A stretch of DNA of 64,000 bases from Patescibacteria group bacterium (GCA_049325475.1 JBMOLN010000007.1:95489-159488); one strand, 5' to 3'. Shown: positions 1-10,327, counted from the stretch's first letter. Translations and numbers: made by a program. The notes: a model not told the origin generated them from the letters alone.

Positions 1-186
1 GCGATTCATAGCGTCGTATTAAAACAACAAGCGCCTGGGCATCCGAAAGAACAGTTTGCGCCAATTCTTCATCGGTTTTATTTTGGTATAAATCCGAATG
101 CATACCAGCATAATATAGTACGTAAATATCCTTGCAAGTCTTTCATTTTCTACAAAATGATTTTTATGCTAAAATAAGCTTAATAT

Positions 187-305
187 CAACTAGAATCTAG
201 TGCCTAGCGACTAACATCACGTATCGTGCATCCTGTATCGTCTGACGATTCACGTTATACGTTGCGAGTTTCGCGAATTGAGTTCTTGTGTCTAGTATCT
301 AGAGT
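187..305. repeat. phased heptanucleotide stutter array (17 units)
   Basis: CAACTAG AATCTAG TGCCTAG CGACTAA CATCACG TATCGTG CATCCTG TATCGTC TGACGAT TCACGTT ATACGTT GCGAGTT TCGCGAA TTGAGTT CTTGTGT CTAGTAT CTAGAGT, unbroken phase. Confidence 0.85.
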
Positions 306-320
306 CCAACATCCATTCGT

Positions 321-1496
321 ATGACAGCCATGCCTAATCTGGTGCCGCCAATGCCCAACCGGGCACCTCAAATACCTCCGCATATTTTTTTGCAACGAAA
401 AAAGGTAAAAAACCGCCCTGATGAATTGCTAGAACGTGTTGTTGAATCGCATAGCCAACACATACCATATTTTGATTACAAGCGGGCTGTTCACTTGGTC
501 AAATCTGCTTTTGAATCCGCAAATCAAGGCCGGTTGCGCGAATTGGAATCCGAACTCCAAAACCGTATCATCCGTTACTTATCACACCAACCTTCACAGC
601 TGCAAACCGTAGTTCAAAAAATTTTTAGCAATGCGCAAACCGTAATTAAAGACCCGCGCTTTCGAGCCGGCGTGTCTCAAGAAATTAGCCACCTGCAAAG
701 CGGTATTATTTCTGTTATTGCTGTTTTACAAAATATTGAAAATAACTTTAGACGCAGACAAAGACTTGGAATGTTGCCGGCCGAACGAGAACTGTACCTA
801 GGGACAAATGATTATTTGGATGCTGCCAGATGTATTGATTTAATCGGTATTGAATACGATTCAGAAGGACCGCAAGCGATTGATCTGTATCAAGTTAAAA
901 GTCCAAAAATTACTCTAACACGTAAAGAAATTCAAGACATTCAAGACAATCATCAATTATTCGTTGATGAACTTGCTAGCGGCGAATATGCTTTTCGCTC
1001 TAAATTAACTACGCGAAATTTAAGTTTAGCCGAAAAAGAATTAAAAGAGTTTCTTGCCACTGCGGCTGAAAATAAAGAACATGAAAATGTTGCTGAATTC
1101 TTAAAAAGACATTCTGACCTTCTATTGGCATTATTAACCGAACCTCCTGCATCCTTTGAAGATGAGGCTATCGAAGAATACTTAACAACAAATGGAATGG
1201 ATAATCAATCGTTGATTGATCTGCATCTGCTGTTTCAACCCAAAAAATTCCATGTCGCTTGTCAATTATTATCCGAGTTGGGGCTTGGTACGCCCAATCT
1301 AGACGAAACCCAAATCAGAACCATGGAACAATTTCATTTATGGGCTCTGCAATATTTACCACCCGCTGAAAAACTAAAAGCCATTTATACTGATTTTGAA
1401 GTAGAACCACAATATATTACTCAAGATACACAATACCGATCAATCATCGATCATGGCGGCCCGCAAATCATAATGCCCATCCGGCCCGGCCGCTGA
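321..1496 (+). CDS. hypothetical protein (possible PD-(D/E)xK nuclease-like core)
   Basis: 391-aa ORF with no competing frame. The central segment CIDLIGIEYDSEGPQAIDLYQVKS resembles the D..(E/Q)xK core of restriction-endonuclease-fold proteins (by eye only). The rest is unrecognised. Confidence 0.6.
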   Translation: MTAMPNLVPPMPNRAPQIPPHIFLQRKKVKNRPDELLERVVESHSQHIPYFDYKRAVHLVKSAFESANQGRLRELESELQNRIIRYLSHQPSQLQTVVQKIFSNAQTVIKDPRFRAGVSQEISHLQSGIISVIAVLQNIENNFRRRQRLGMLPAERELYLGTNDYLDAARCIDLIGIEYDSEGPQAIDLYQVKSPKITLTRKEIQDIQDNHQLFVDELASGEYAFRSKLTTRNLSLAEKELKEFLATAAENKEHENVAEFLKRHSDLLLALLTEPPASFEDEAIEEYLTTNGMDNQSLIDLHLLFQPKKFHVACQLLSELGLGTPNLDETQIRTMEQFHLWALQYLPPAEKLKAIYTDFEVEPQYITQDTQYRSIIDHGGPQIIMPIRPGR

Positions 1497-1533
1497 TATC
1501 CCGCTCTTGACATAATTACCATTTACCCCTAAT

Positions 1534-1812
1534 ATGCAAAATCCCTTCACCTTAACAAAGGATCAAGACGAAATGGCTGACACAAGCAACAAAGTCGGCC
1601 AATTGGCTGGCAAGTTAGGCTTTGTACCAACATCCGGATCCGTGGCTTTGCCCGGTGATGATGTTTACTCCCATATTTACGAAACTTTGGAAAAAGTAAT
1701 GGCAACGCCCGAGTACAAAGAGCTGGCACGTAAACGCCAAGCCGGCGAAATTACTCAAGAGCAAGCTCTCCAAGCAGTCGTGGAAATCGCCAAACAATTT
1801 GATTCAGAATAA
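1534..1812 (+). CDS. hypothetical small protein
   Basis: 92-aa ORF starting 37 nt after the previous stop, followed by an intrinsic terminator at 1834-1856. Confidence 0.55.
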   Translation: MQNPFTLTKDQDEMADTSNKVGQLAGKLGFVPTSGSVALPGDDVYSHIYETLEKVMATPEYKELARKRQAGEITQEQALQAVVEIAKQFDSE

Positions 1813-1833
1813 TCCTTTCCGTCCCTTCACTCA

Positions 1834-1856
1834 ATCGCCCTCCGGCGATTTTTTTA
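1834..1856 (+). terminator. intrinsic terminator
   Basis: ATCGCC-ctcc-GGCGAT followed by a T run. Confidence 0.7.
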
Positions 1857-2026
1857 ATACTCCTTAACCTCCTACGGTGATTCCTGCTTTTGACAGCAAA
1901 AGTAGGCGAAACTGCTGGGGTCTGCGATGCCCTCTCATTTCATGGGATGCTTATCCTCTTTTACCCACCATGGTTAGCGCATCCCCCAGACCCCATGCCA
2001 TTTCAAAACGAAGTTTTACATTACGT

Positions 2027-2146
2027 CTCCCTCTTAATTTTAAGAGGGAGATTCAGAGGGAGTTAGAAACCATATACCCTGACGAAAAAAGTAGGACTCG
2101 CCGCAGGCGGGATTAAAATAAATCCCCCTCTTGAGTTAAGAGGGGG
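2027..2146. repeat. CTCCC/GGGAG hairpin cluster
   Basis: CTCCCTCTTAA-tt-TTAAGAGGGAG (2027-2050) and CCCCCTCTT-gagtt-AAGAGGGGG (2124-2146), both perfect stems. Confidence 0.7.
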
Positions 2147-2166
2147 TAAGGGGAGTTATCACAATT

Positions 2167-2188
2167 CAAAAACCACCGGTCAGGGTGG
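2167..2188 (-). terminator. intrinsic terminator
   Basis: Minus strand CCACC-ctgacc-GGTGG followed by TTTTTG, 40 nt after the 2227 stop. Confidence 0.6.
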
Positions 2189-2226
2189 CTTTGAGTGAGT
2201 TTTTGGAAATAAGTGCGGTTAAGGTA

Positions 2227-3792
2227 TTACGTAAATGCGTAAGCCCCAACCCTTTCACTGAGGAATGTTCGATGTTCACTGTGGAGGAAAAGATTTTCAC
2301 TGCGGATTTCACAATCTGCATTGCGAATCGACATGCGCTGGCGCTCTCGCCATGCTTGCATGTCTGCGGCAGCACCTGCCTTTCGGCCGGCGTCTGCCCG
2401 CGAATCACTTCCGACGCGATCCAAGGCTCGGTCGGCGGGCCTGTATCTCTTGGCGGCACGAGCGTCTGTCGACATCAGTCGAACAAGTTGCTCGTCTTCC
2501 TGATTCACTGCGCTGCCGGCATTACTGCCAACTTGCGCATAGTACCAGGGTACTGATTCCAGACGCTCCAGACTGGCTCCCTCGCCCGACGCGGGCGCGG
2601 AAGTATTCTTGGTCGAACCCGAGTCTGCAGCATCTCGTTTCTCTCCAGAAGACTTCACCGCGAGCTTCAGGATCTGCTTTCCCTGCAGAGCGATTCCGAT
2701 CGCCTCGTCCTTGTGCTCGTTGAAAAAGTCCTTATAAGCTTCTTTGCCGGAAAGATCCCACTCCTCCTTCTTCAACTTCCACCGGCGTTCGGAAAACGTC
2801 AGCTTCTGCCGGTTCAAAGGTTTTGCGGAATCATAGGCATACGCGATTGTAGCCTTGAACGGATTGGCTTCCGCCACCCGTTTGGCATCCGTATCGTGAT
2901 CCGGGAAGCACCGGGCGTACTGCAGCCAATCCGCTCCCGCATCATTGAAGAGTTCGAGCGATCCGTCAGCCTCGACCTTGCAGACCGAGACATGCTCCGG
3001 AATGCAATTGATGCGATGCTTTGCCTCGACCGGCGCCCCGGAAGCGGGAACGTCTTCAACCTTGGGATTGCGCGCCATAAACTGGTCGTAGCGATTCTGC
3101 ACTACGTCCCGGCGGGTTCTCACCGTCCTGGGCTTGGCGCTTCCTGCAGGCCTGCTCGCCGTTCTTCGCGGCTTTTGTGCCGCGGGCTCGCCCGTCAATA
3201 CGGCATTGGTCGCCGCGGCTGCGGCATTGGCTTGCGCCAGCAGCACCGCGGCCTCGCCGGGTGTGAGCCTCTGCTTTTGCGGTTCGGGAGCGGTACTCGG
3301 CTTGGGAAGCCTGTTCGGGTCAATCGGACGCAGACGAGTAATCTCGTCCCTGCGCCGCTTGGCTTCCCGCTCCTCGGCTTCCGCCAATCGCATAGCCCTG
3401 AAACGGGCATCCGGTTCGGCAACCTTGAGGTTGTACTCATGCAGCCGCATGCGTTCCAAGGCATTCAAGCAACCCATTGCGTCAGCCTGACTGGATGCGT
3501 CCGGACCCTGCAAGAATCGAGCCAAAGGATACTTATCGTAGTAATCCTCCCACCACTGGGCTCGGCGCAAATAGTCGGATTCACACGCCATCTTTTGGCG
3601 GTGCCACTGATCGAGGTTATGATGCTGCTGCCAGTAACTGTTGTACGCGTTCAACACGCATACTTCAGTCACCTTATCAGCGCACATGTTCCGCTTATAC
3701 TGTGACGATCCCTGTGCCAATACCGGCAAAGAGAACAGCGTCAAAATCAAGAAGATAAACAAAGGAAAGAGATACCTTTTGGCCTGTTTCAT
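2227..3792 (-). CDS. secreted hypothetical protein (G+C-rich gene)
   Basis: 521-aa ORF with signal peptide MKQAKRYLFPLFIFLILTLFSLPVLAQG and an Ala/Pro/Arg-rich linker. G+C is far above the flanks; overlapping antisense ORFs are GC shadows. Confidence 0.7.
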   Translation of the reverse strand: MKQAKRYLFPLFIFLILTLFSLPVLAQGSSQYKRNMCADKVTEVCVLNAYNSYWQQHHNLDQWHRQKMACESDYLRRAQWWEDYYDKYPLARFLQGPDASSQADAMGCLNALERMRLHEYNLKVAEPDARFRAMRLAEAEEREAKRRRDEITRLRPIDPNRLPKPSTAPEPQKQRLTPGEAAVLLAQANAAAAATNAVLTGEPAAQKPRRTASRPAGSAKPRTVRTRRDVVQNRYDQFMARNPKVEDVPASGAPVEAKHRINCIPEHVSVCKVEADGSLELFNDAGADWLQYARCFPDHDTDAKRVAEANPFKATIAYAYDSAKPLNRQKLTFSERRWKLKKEEWDLSGKEAYKDFFNEHKDEAIGIALQGKQILKLAVKSSGEKRDAADSGSTKNTSAPASGEGASLERLESVPWYYAQVGSNAGSAVNQEDEQLVRLMSTDARAAKRYRPADRALDRVGSDSRADAGRKAGAAADMQAWRERQRMSIRNADCEIRSENLFLHSEHRTFLSERVGAYAFT

Positions 3793-3946
3793 CGATCCTC
3801 CACTTTTTCATTTGAAGGTGCGTTGTCTATTCACTCTGCTTGCGCAGATATTTGACTTTGCCTTAAATATTACATTTTGTCAAGAATAATAAAACAATAT
3901 GAACTCTGCTTGCAGAATTCTGATTTTTTAGCTAAATATAGCTAAA

Positions 3947-4735
3947 TTATTTAACTAACCACGATATCACCAATACACCCAGTACCACCCTGTACCAAGC
4001 AAAGGGAATAAAAGTCTTTGTCTTAATATAGGCCAAAAACCACTTGCTCACCGCATAAGCAACTATAAACGACACAATAAAACCTACAAACAGCAGCCAC
4101 AATTGCGATCCTGCGAGGCCATTTTCATATTTCAGCAACGAATACCCGCCCGCAGCCAGCAAAGTCGGCACCGCAAGTAAAAACGAAAATCGCACAGCAA
4201 ACACTCTGGAATATCCAAGCAAAAGCAATGCGATTATTGTAACTCCCGATCTGGATGTTCCCGGTACCATAGCCAAAGCCTGCGCCAACCCAATCAACAC
4301 GGCATGGTTATAACTAATTGCTTCTGTTTTATCGACATCCGACGTCTGACGTCTCGACTTCTCAATAAAATAAAAAATCGCACCGTAAAAAATCAGCGCT
4401 CCGGCAACCACCCAAGGCGAAAAAAGATACTGATCAATCAAATCGCCAAACAAAATACCCAGCACAGCAGTTACGAAAAAGGCAATTAAAATCCTCCCCC
4501 ACTTTTCTTCCAAAGACCTCCAATCCCATTTTTCCGGCCAAAGATCTTTCCAAAAAATAACAATCACCGCTAAAATCGCACCCGATTGAATCACGATATC
4601 GAACATTTTTGTAAAAGATTCCTCAAAAGCAAACCATTGATTAAATAAAATCAAATGCCCTGTAGAACTTACCGGCAAAAACTCCGTAGCGCCCTCAACT
4701 ACTCCAAGTATTATTGCTGTTAAAACGTCTTGCAT
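3947..4735 (-). CDS. uppP: undecaprenyl-diphosphate phosphatase
   Basis: N-terminal GVVEGATEFLPVSSTGHLILF signature of UppP/BacA. Polytopic membrane protein of typical length (262 aa). Confidence 0.9.
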   Translation of the reverse strand: MQDVLTAIILGVVEGATEFLPVSSTGHLILFNQWFAFEESFTKMFDIVIQSGAILAVIVIFWKDLWPEKWDWRSLEEKWGRILIAFFVTAVLGILFGDLIDQYLFSPWVVAGALIFYGAIFYFIEKSRRQTSDVDKTEAISYNHAVLIGLAQALAMVPGTSRSGVTIIALLLLGYSRVFAVRFSFLLAVPTLLAAGGYSLLKYENGLAGSQLWLLFVGFIVSFIVAYAVSKWFLAYIKTKTFIPFAWYRVVLGVLVISWLVK

Positions 4736-4737
4736 AC

Positions 4738-5016
4738 TTACTTTTTAACTTCTGATACCTGACTTATCGACCTATCGACGTCCGACTTCGATATGTATTT
4801 GTTCACCGCATAAGCCAAATACCCCGTCGCCAAAGCAGTTATCCCAATATCATCCAGCCAACCCAAAATCGGCGCCAAATCCGGAATTAAATCCGCCGGC
4901 CAAATCAGATACAAAATCGCAAAACCTACCGCTGCCTTAGGCTTCCAATCCGTCTTTTTATCTTTAAAAAAATTAATTAAATTTTTCCAATATGGTATAA
5001 ATTTCGTATTTTTCAT
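4738..5016 (-). CDS. DUF1232/YkvA-family membrane protein
   Basis: 92 aa with a LIPDLAPILGWLDDIG motif typical of DUF1232. Sits 2 nt upstream of uppP. The C-terminal residues are encoded by a stutter array. Confidence 0.7.
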   Translation of the reverse strand: MKNTKFIPYWKNLINFFKDKKTDWKPKAAVGFAILYLIWPADLIPDLAPILGWLDDIGITALATGYLAYAVNKYISKSDVDRSISQVSEVKK

Positions 5017-5027
5017 ATCTTTAGATA

Positions 5028-5546
5028 TTACACTTTTAACGTTCGACGTTCGACGTTTCCGGTTTTATAATATTCATCAATTTTCTTTATAAGATCTTTA
5101 TACGATAATGTCACTAAATAAAAATCATGCACCGCATTCCAAGCCGAAATATTTTGTAATTTCGGACGCGGTATAATCATCCAATGAAGATGGCTCATTG
5201 ATCCGCCCGAATACGGCCCGATTTGCATGGTAATATTAAAAGATTTGGTTTTAAAAAGTTTAGCTAGAAGTTTTTTAGATGTTAAAAGAACCTTGGTAAA
5301 ATCCTCCCATTCTTCTTTATTTAAATGATCAAGCTCACAAACGTGCCTTTTGGGAATAATCATCAAATTTCCATCCATATAAGGATATTTACATGCCAAA
5401 ACACTCCAAAAATCGCTTCGCAATTGCTTGACCTCTTGGTCTTGCAAGGTATCGGCATCGCAAAAATCGCAAAAATCTTTCTTCTTCTTGCGGCTCCTGT
5501 AAATTGCGCGATTAGGTTCAAAAATCCTCATATATAGATAATGCAA
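5028..5546 (-). CDS. HIT-family nucleotide hydrolase/transferase-like protein
   Basis: GGSMSHLHWMIIP matches the histidine-triad region (HxHxM variant, third His replaced). Start codon is uncertain (M1 or M6). Confidence 0.6.
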   Translation of the reverse strand: MHYLYMRIFEPNRAIYRSRKKKKDFCDFCDADTLQDQEVKQLRSDFWSVLACKYPYMDGNLMIIPKRHVCELDHLNKEEWEDFTKVLLTSKKLLAKLFKTKSFNITMQIGPYSGGSMSHLHWMIIPRPKLQNISAWNAVHDFYLVTLSYKDLIKKIDEYYKTGNVERRTLKV

Positions 5547-5657
5547 CCTTAACTTAATATTAATGATTCTTCCTTGATTTAAATCAGATTAATCATTTTC
5601 TATCAAAGTAAATCTGGGTTAAAAATACCATGCTTAGTTTAGCATGGCTTATTTAGT

Positions 5658-6146
5658 TTATCCAACGGAACGCATCTTTTTAATAATATCCGTTGTATGC
5701 AGTTTGGATTGGGCGTTGAGTAATTGCACTTCTATGCCCGCCGCTTTGGCAAAAGCGTATCTGTTTGCTTCGGGGTCAAATGCGGTTGTCTGCGATGCGA
5801 TAATAACATGGGGCATGATATTCCGCACCGCGCTCTCCAAGTCATCATAGATAACAACCCTGTCAACAGCCTCAAACGCGGCAATAATGCGGGCTCGGAC
5901 ATTTTCGGACAAAATCGGCCTTTCAGATCCTTTTTGAGATTTGATTCTCGCATCGGAATTTATACCTACAAAAAGATAATCTCCGTATCCGGCCGCCCTC
6001 TCAAGATAACGGACATGGCCTTCATGCAGCAAATCAAAGGCTCCGTTTGTAAAAACTATTTTGCCATTGCTTTTTTGCTTTAATGCCTTTGCATGAACCG
6101 CTATCTGCTCCAAAGTTAAAATCTTATACGATGTGGCGCAACGCAT
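5658..6146 (-). CDS. cytidylyl/adenylyltransferase-like protein (RfaE domain II-like)
   Basis: IVFTNGAFDLLHEGHVRYLERA plus GINSDARIKSQKG..RPI matches the nucleotidyltransferase HxGH family, closest to heptose-1-phosphate adenylyltransferase. Confidence 0.8.
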   Translation of the reverse strand: MRCATSYKILTLEQIAVHAKALKQKSNGKIVFTNGAFDLLHEGHVRYLERAAGYGDYLFVGINSDARIKSQKGSERPILSENVRARIIAAFEAVDRVVIYDDLESAVRNIMPHVIIASQTTAFDPEANRYAFAKAAGIEVQLLNAQSKLHTTDIIKKMRSVG

Positions 6147-6275
6147 CCAAGCCTCCTTGAAAGTACCTTAAATACATTAAAAAGACCGGATGATTCTGTC
6201 AAACGGATTAAGTTCAGAATTTAAAGTTCCAAGTTCTATGTTCCAGGTCGCAAGCTCCAAACTGCATGATGCATA

Positions 6276-7085
6276 TCAAAACGCGTATGCCTTTAAATAA
6301 TCAGCCAGATCTTCAAATAAAATAAATACCTCCTGCGGACCCGCCGCATACGGCGCCACTTGATACGGATCAAAAATAAAAATAATTCTATCTTGCGTCA
6401 AATGAAAATTTTTAAAATTCTCAGAAGAGGGACCCGCCCCGTCCATCACCCAATCCTCATCACTTAAATCGCGACTCATCAACTCGTTTATTGTATAGTC
6501 GGAAATGAAGTCCAGATAATACCGCTTTTTTCCGGTCTTGATGTCAACCTTTTCGGCCATAGGATTAAAAACATCCTCAATGGTCATAAGTTTACCGCTC
6601 TCTTCAAGATTATAATTAAATGTATTGAAATATGAATTGGGATGCGCTCCGCCCATATAAACACTTGCTTGCATTATTATACTGACAAAAGCATTATCAT
6701 TGCGGTTTACATAATAACTGATACTTAAAAACCACGGCCCGGGATCGTATTCATGCTCGCTTGCTTTAAACTCATTCAAAAAATTATTTAACTCTGTCTG
6801 AACATGATCATAAACGTCTTGATTAATCTTTTTGCTTATTAAATCGTCGCCTCCGCTGAAATCAGGATATCCGATTTCATAATAATATCCGTCCTGTTCA
6901 TCTTCCAATTTCACCGTCTTGTATTCCAGATCTTTTGTTGATGTCGTATTCAAAATTTTAAGAGGCTCAGCCGGTTTAGGAACCTGCTCTTGCACTTCTT
7001 GCGAATCGGAATTATCTATACTCATCTCCTCGCAGCCCGTAGCTATAAAAATGACTGCAATTAAAATCAAAAAATACTTTTTCAT
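6276..7085 (-). CDS. DUF3298/DUF4163-like lipoprotein
   Basis: Lipobox IFIATGC. GGAHPN and DPYQVAPYAAGP motifs are typical of DUF3298 (RsiV-like) domains. Confidence 0.7.
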   Translation of the reverse strand: MKKYFLILIAVIFIATGCEEMSIDNSDSQEVQEQVPKPAEPLKILNTTSTKDLEYKTVKLEDEQDGYYYEIGYPDFSGGDDLISKKINQDVYDHVQTELNNFLNEFKASEHEYDPGPWFLSISYYVNRNDNAFVSIIMQASVYMGGAHPNSYFNTFNYNLEESGKLMTIEDVFNPMAEKVDIKTGKKRYYLDFISDYTINELMSRDLSDEDWVMDGAGPSSENFKNFHLTQDRIIFIFDPYQVAPYAAGPQEVFILFEDLADYLKAYAF

Positions 7086-7415
7086 AGTCTTACTATCTTA
7101 ATGTATAAACCAAGATTGTAAAAGTTCACCTGCAGTCCCGCTCCCTCGTTAACAGTGACCAGTGACCGGTCGCTGGATGCAACGTACGTTGACCCGTAGT
7201 CCGGTTAACCAGTTATCCGGATTACTGTTAAACGGGATTACTGCAATACGTTTTGGATTCGTAGTTTGTAGTTTGAGGTTAGAAATATTAAAAAACCTCC
7301 CAAAATAGGAAGGCGAGAATTATTTGCAATACCTGCTGAATATCCGCGGACCCGAATCGCTCACTCGTTGATGGCACATGCGTAGGAAATAATCACATTA
7401 ATCAAAATGTTAGCT

Positions 7416-8429
7416 TTATAGATTTATTCGGCTTGTATATTCTTCATCCATAAATTTCATAAGTTCACGCGCCAACTTGCCCGGATCGTGGCGGATCAAA
7501 CTTCTGGCAAGCTTGTCGCCCATTACCGGTCGCGCAATTCTTTCCGAAAGAATATCTACGCGCAATACCAAATAATCGCCGGCAATTAAATCATCTTCAA
7601 CCAATGCTTCGCCCGCACGGGTATACTTTTCCAGCACCGGCTCCGGAATTATTGCCGAGTTGACCAACACCGCATTCAGCCTTGCCGGAGCAATATATGA
7701 CTTCAATCGCTCAACAAAACGCGATGCCCGATAGTCGTCCGTCTGACCGGGTTTGGAAACCAAATTCAATACATAAACCAATTCACCTGTTGCAGCATCC
7801 AGAGCTTCGGCAACTCCCTGCACCAGCAAAACCGGCACCAAACTGGTATAAAGATCACCCGGCCCCAGAACAACCATGTCCGCTTCGCGGATGGCCTGCA
7901 ATGCTTCGGGATTGGCCATGACCTGCGGCTGTAAAAAGCATTCACGGATTGGCGCTCTTTTGCTTTGCGGTGCATCAATAGCATGTTCGCCCTCAACCAC
8001 CGTTCCGTCTTCAAGCTCTGCAAACAGCCTGGATGCTTGCGCCGAAACCGGCAATACCCTTCCTTGCACGCGCAAAATCTGATGCGCCATCATAATTGCG
8101 CTTTCCGCCGATCCGTACATCATCTCCAACGCCGACAAGAAGATATTGCCAAAATTGTGGCCCGCGAGTTCGCCCTTGGTAAAACGATAGTTAAGAAGAT
8201 TCCGTAAAGCATCATCACCTTCAGCAAGCGCCACCAAACACTGGCGGATATCGCCAGGAGGCAAAACACCAAGTTCATCGCGCAGACGGCCGGTTGATCC
8301 GCCGTCATCCGCAATAGAAACAACGGCCGTCAAATCCACATCGTGCCGCTTAAGTCCTGAAAGCACCGTAAAAGTCCCTGTTCCCCCGCCAAGCACGACA
8401 ACCTTTGGTCGCGATTTTTCTTGATTCAC
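7416..8429 (-). CDS. YvcK/CofD-family gluconeogenesis-factor-like protein
   Basis: VVVLGGGTGTFTVLSGLK N-terminus and overall 337-aa layout of UPF0052/YvcK. GTG start preceded by GGGAGA. Confidence 0.85.
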   Translation of the reverse strand: MNQEKSRPKVVVLGGGTGTFTVLSGLKRHDVDLTAVVSIADDGGSTGRLRDELGVLPPGDIRQCLVALAEGDDALRNLLNYRFTKGELAGHNFGNIFLSALEMMYGSAESAIMMAHQILRVQGRVLPVSAQASRLFAELEDGTVVEGEHAIDAPQSKRAPIRECFLQPQVMANPEALQAIREADMVVLGPGDLYTSLVPVLLVQGVAEALDAATGELVYVLNLVSKPGQTDDYRASRFVERLKSYIAPARLNAVLVNSAIIPEPVLEKYTRAGEALVEDDLIAGDYLVLRVDILSERIARPVMGDKLARSLIRHDPGKLARELMKFMDEEYTSRINL

Positions 8430-8530
8430 TTTTATCTCCCTTCGCAGATTCTGAGTTTATCGAAGAACAAAGGATCAATACATCATGAACTATCATAAAA
8501 ATACTTGAACGTCAATACATAAACTATATT

Positions 8531-8553
8531 AAAAAACGCCGTTGTTAGCGGCG
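8531..8553 (-). terminator. intrinsic terminator overlapping stop codon
   Basis: Minus strand CGCCG-ctaacaa-CGGCG followed by TTTTTT. Confidence 0.6.
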
Positions 8554-9084
8554 CGTAGCTTTTTTTGAAAGATCAAGATACTTTTCATAAGTGCCTTTTC
8601 GCATGTTGCGGCTGCCCCTGCATCTTGGAAAATGAGCGCACCCCCAAAAATACTTGCTCGTATATGAATTCTGTTTCGGAATCATATTTGTACCGCAATC
8701 GGGACAAGTGGGAATCAAGCCTTTAAGCGCGGCTTCCGCTCTTTTAGCTTCAATATCCATCTTTTTCTTTCTGGCTTGATAACCTTCATTATCCGCAATA
8801 CCTCCGTGCTCAAGACAAATCGCCTTATACTCAATTTGAGTAATGGGGTCACATGCTTCTACAGTATATTCTTTGAACTTAAATGGATGCTCAACCCATA
8901 GAACCCTTACCTTTAAAGGTGCCTGATCTTTATCATAGGCAATAAAAGTCTGCCTTGTGTATTCCTCATTATAGCCGCTTTGCCTTTCCCAATTCTCGCA
9001 CTCCAAAAAAACGATTCCCTTATACCCGATATTCAAATAATCATCCAATTCAATCATGTCCTTGCTCCTTTTGTTAAAGATCAA
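8545..9084 (-). CDS. hypothetical protein with C-terminal topoisomerase-type C4 zinc ribbon
   Basis: CPDCGTNMIPKQNSYTSKYFWGCAHFPRCRG matches the zf-C4 topoisomerase DNA-binding ribbon. The N-terminal domain is unrecognised. Confidence 0.6.
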   Translation of the reverse strand: MIFNKRSKDMIELDDYLNIGYKGIVFLECENWERQSGYNEEYTRQTFIAYDKDQAPLKVRVLWVEHPFKFKEYTVEACDPITQIEYKAICLEHGGIADNEGYQARKKKMDIEAKRAEAALKGLIPTCPDCGTNMIPKQNSYTSKYFWGCAHFPRCRGSRNMRKGTYEKYLDLSKKATRR

Positions 9085-9240
9085 TGACTAAAGCTATACC
9101 GCAAATTACTTGCATAGTCAATAACTCTCACCGCAGGCGTTGGACTCTGGACGCAAAACTCAAAACTCTAGACTCGAACTTCGTTAACCCGCAGTCCCGC
9201 CCTTAGTGTAGTCGTAGGAAGCGGCACGAGACGTTTCAAT

Positions 9241-9280
9241 ATCGACGTACTGACGTATCGACGTACCGACGTATTGACGA
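9241..9280. repeat. octanucleotide stutter array (5 units)
   Basis: ATCGACGT ACTGACGT ATCGACGT ACCGACGT ATTGACGA. Confidence 0.85.
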
Positions 9281-9334
9281 ATCATCCTCTTTTTGATATA
9301 CAAACCCCGGTACACTTCACAAAAGGAAAAGCCG

Positions 9335-10099
9335 ATGGAACATAATTGGTCATGCGTGGATCTGCATCGTGTGCAAGTTATTTCTTTCGATGTGGCATTT
9401 ACACTGCTCGGTTTAAATGTTTACCGGATCTCCGAACTCGTTCAAAAGCACCTTGATATTCCCTGCACTCCGGCTCAACTTATGAACATGGAACGTGCAA
9501 TACGCGGTGAATACACAAGAAATTACGATAAATCTCATGCAGTTCAAGGCAAGTGCATTACCGAAATCATGACCGAAATGATTAGCAGGCAGCCGCATCT
9601 ATCCATCGACGTCAAAACAATCGACGCTTTCCATTCTGCGCTTCAAAAAAGCCATCTGCAAACAAATCTATTCCAAATCATCTACCATGATGCTTTGGCG
9701 GCATTGGATTATATTAAAGAATTCACAGGCCTGAAACTAATTGTCATCAGCAATGCGCCGGTAACGCTAAGGCGGGATCTGGAACGCATCGGCCTCCTTC
9801 ATTACTTCGATCACGTGCTTGGCAGCGCCGAAGAAGGTGTCGGAAAACCGGACCCGGAGATCTTTACCCGCGCCGCAGATCGTTGCGGTGTCAAAATCGA
9901 AGACATTCTTCACATTGATGACAATCCGCATGTCGGAGTGTTGGCGGCACAGCGAGCCGGCATGCAAGCCGTGCTTTACGACCCCGAATTCTGTTTTTAC
10001 CCTCGCATGATTCCTGCGCCCGTCATCAAAAATCATCTTGAACTGGCCCGCCGCCTTTCTGTTACGCAAGAAAACCGGGACGATTTTTACTGGCTCTGA
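9335..10099 (+). CDS. HAD-superfamily hydrolase
   Basis: ISFDVAFTL (motif I), GKPDPEIF and IDDNPHVGVLAAQRAGM motifs. ATG at 9335 is preferred over the TTG at 9293. Confidence 0.8.
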   Translation: MEHNWSCVDLHRVQVISFDVAFTLLGLNVYRISELVQKHLDIPCTPAQLMNMERAIRGEYTRNYDKSHAVQGKCITEIMTEMISRQPHLSIDVKTIDAFHSALQKSHLQTNLFQIIYHDALAALDYIKEFTGLKLIVISNAPVTLRRDLERIGLLHYFDHVLGSAEEGVGKPDPEIFTRAADRCGVKIEDILHIDDNPHVGVLAAQRAGMQAVLYDPEFCFYPRMIPAPVIKNHLELARRLSVTQENRDDFYWL

Positions 10100-10292
10100 C
10101 TTCTATTTTCAACTTCTCTTCATGAGAGTTTTTTTAATCCTGATTTTCATCTCGTTGACCCGTGATCCTGTTAACCCGTTAACCAGAGGTATTCTCGTGA
10201 TAACGGTTTAATCCCGCCACGAACGGGACCCCGCCTTCAAAAAAATATTTAAATTATTGTGGCGGGGCGGATATACTTGAGCACGATAAAAG

Positions 10293-10321
10293 TTGTTAGT
10301 TGTCAGTTGTCAGTTTATAAT
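10293..10321 (+). promoter_or_regulatory. sigma70-like promoter TTGTTA-17-TATAAT, ATG 6 nt downstream (leaderless-type)
   Basis: Hexamers at 10293-10298 and 10316-10321. ATG of the kinase-like gene is at 10328. Embedded in a GTCAGTT heptad stutter. Confidence 0.45.
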
Positions 10322-10327
10322 ATTGCC

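Noticed and set aside
1877-2116. 79-aa plus-strand ORF
   Set aside because: It runs through perfect palindromic CTCCCTCTTAA/TTAAGAGGGAG hairpins in a spacer, has no SD and starts at GTG. Judged spurious.
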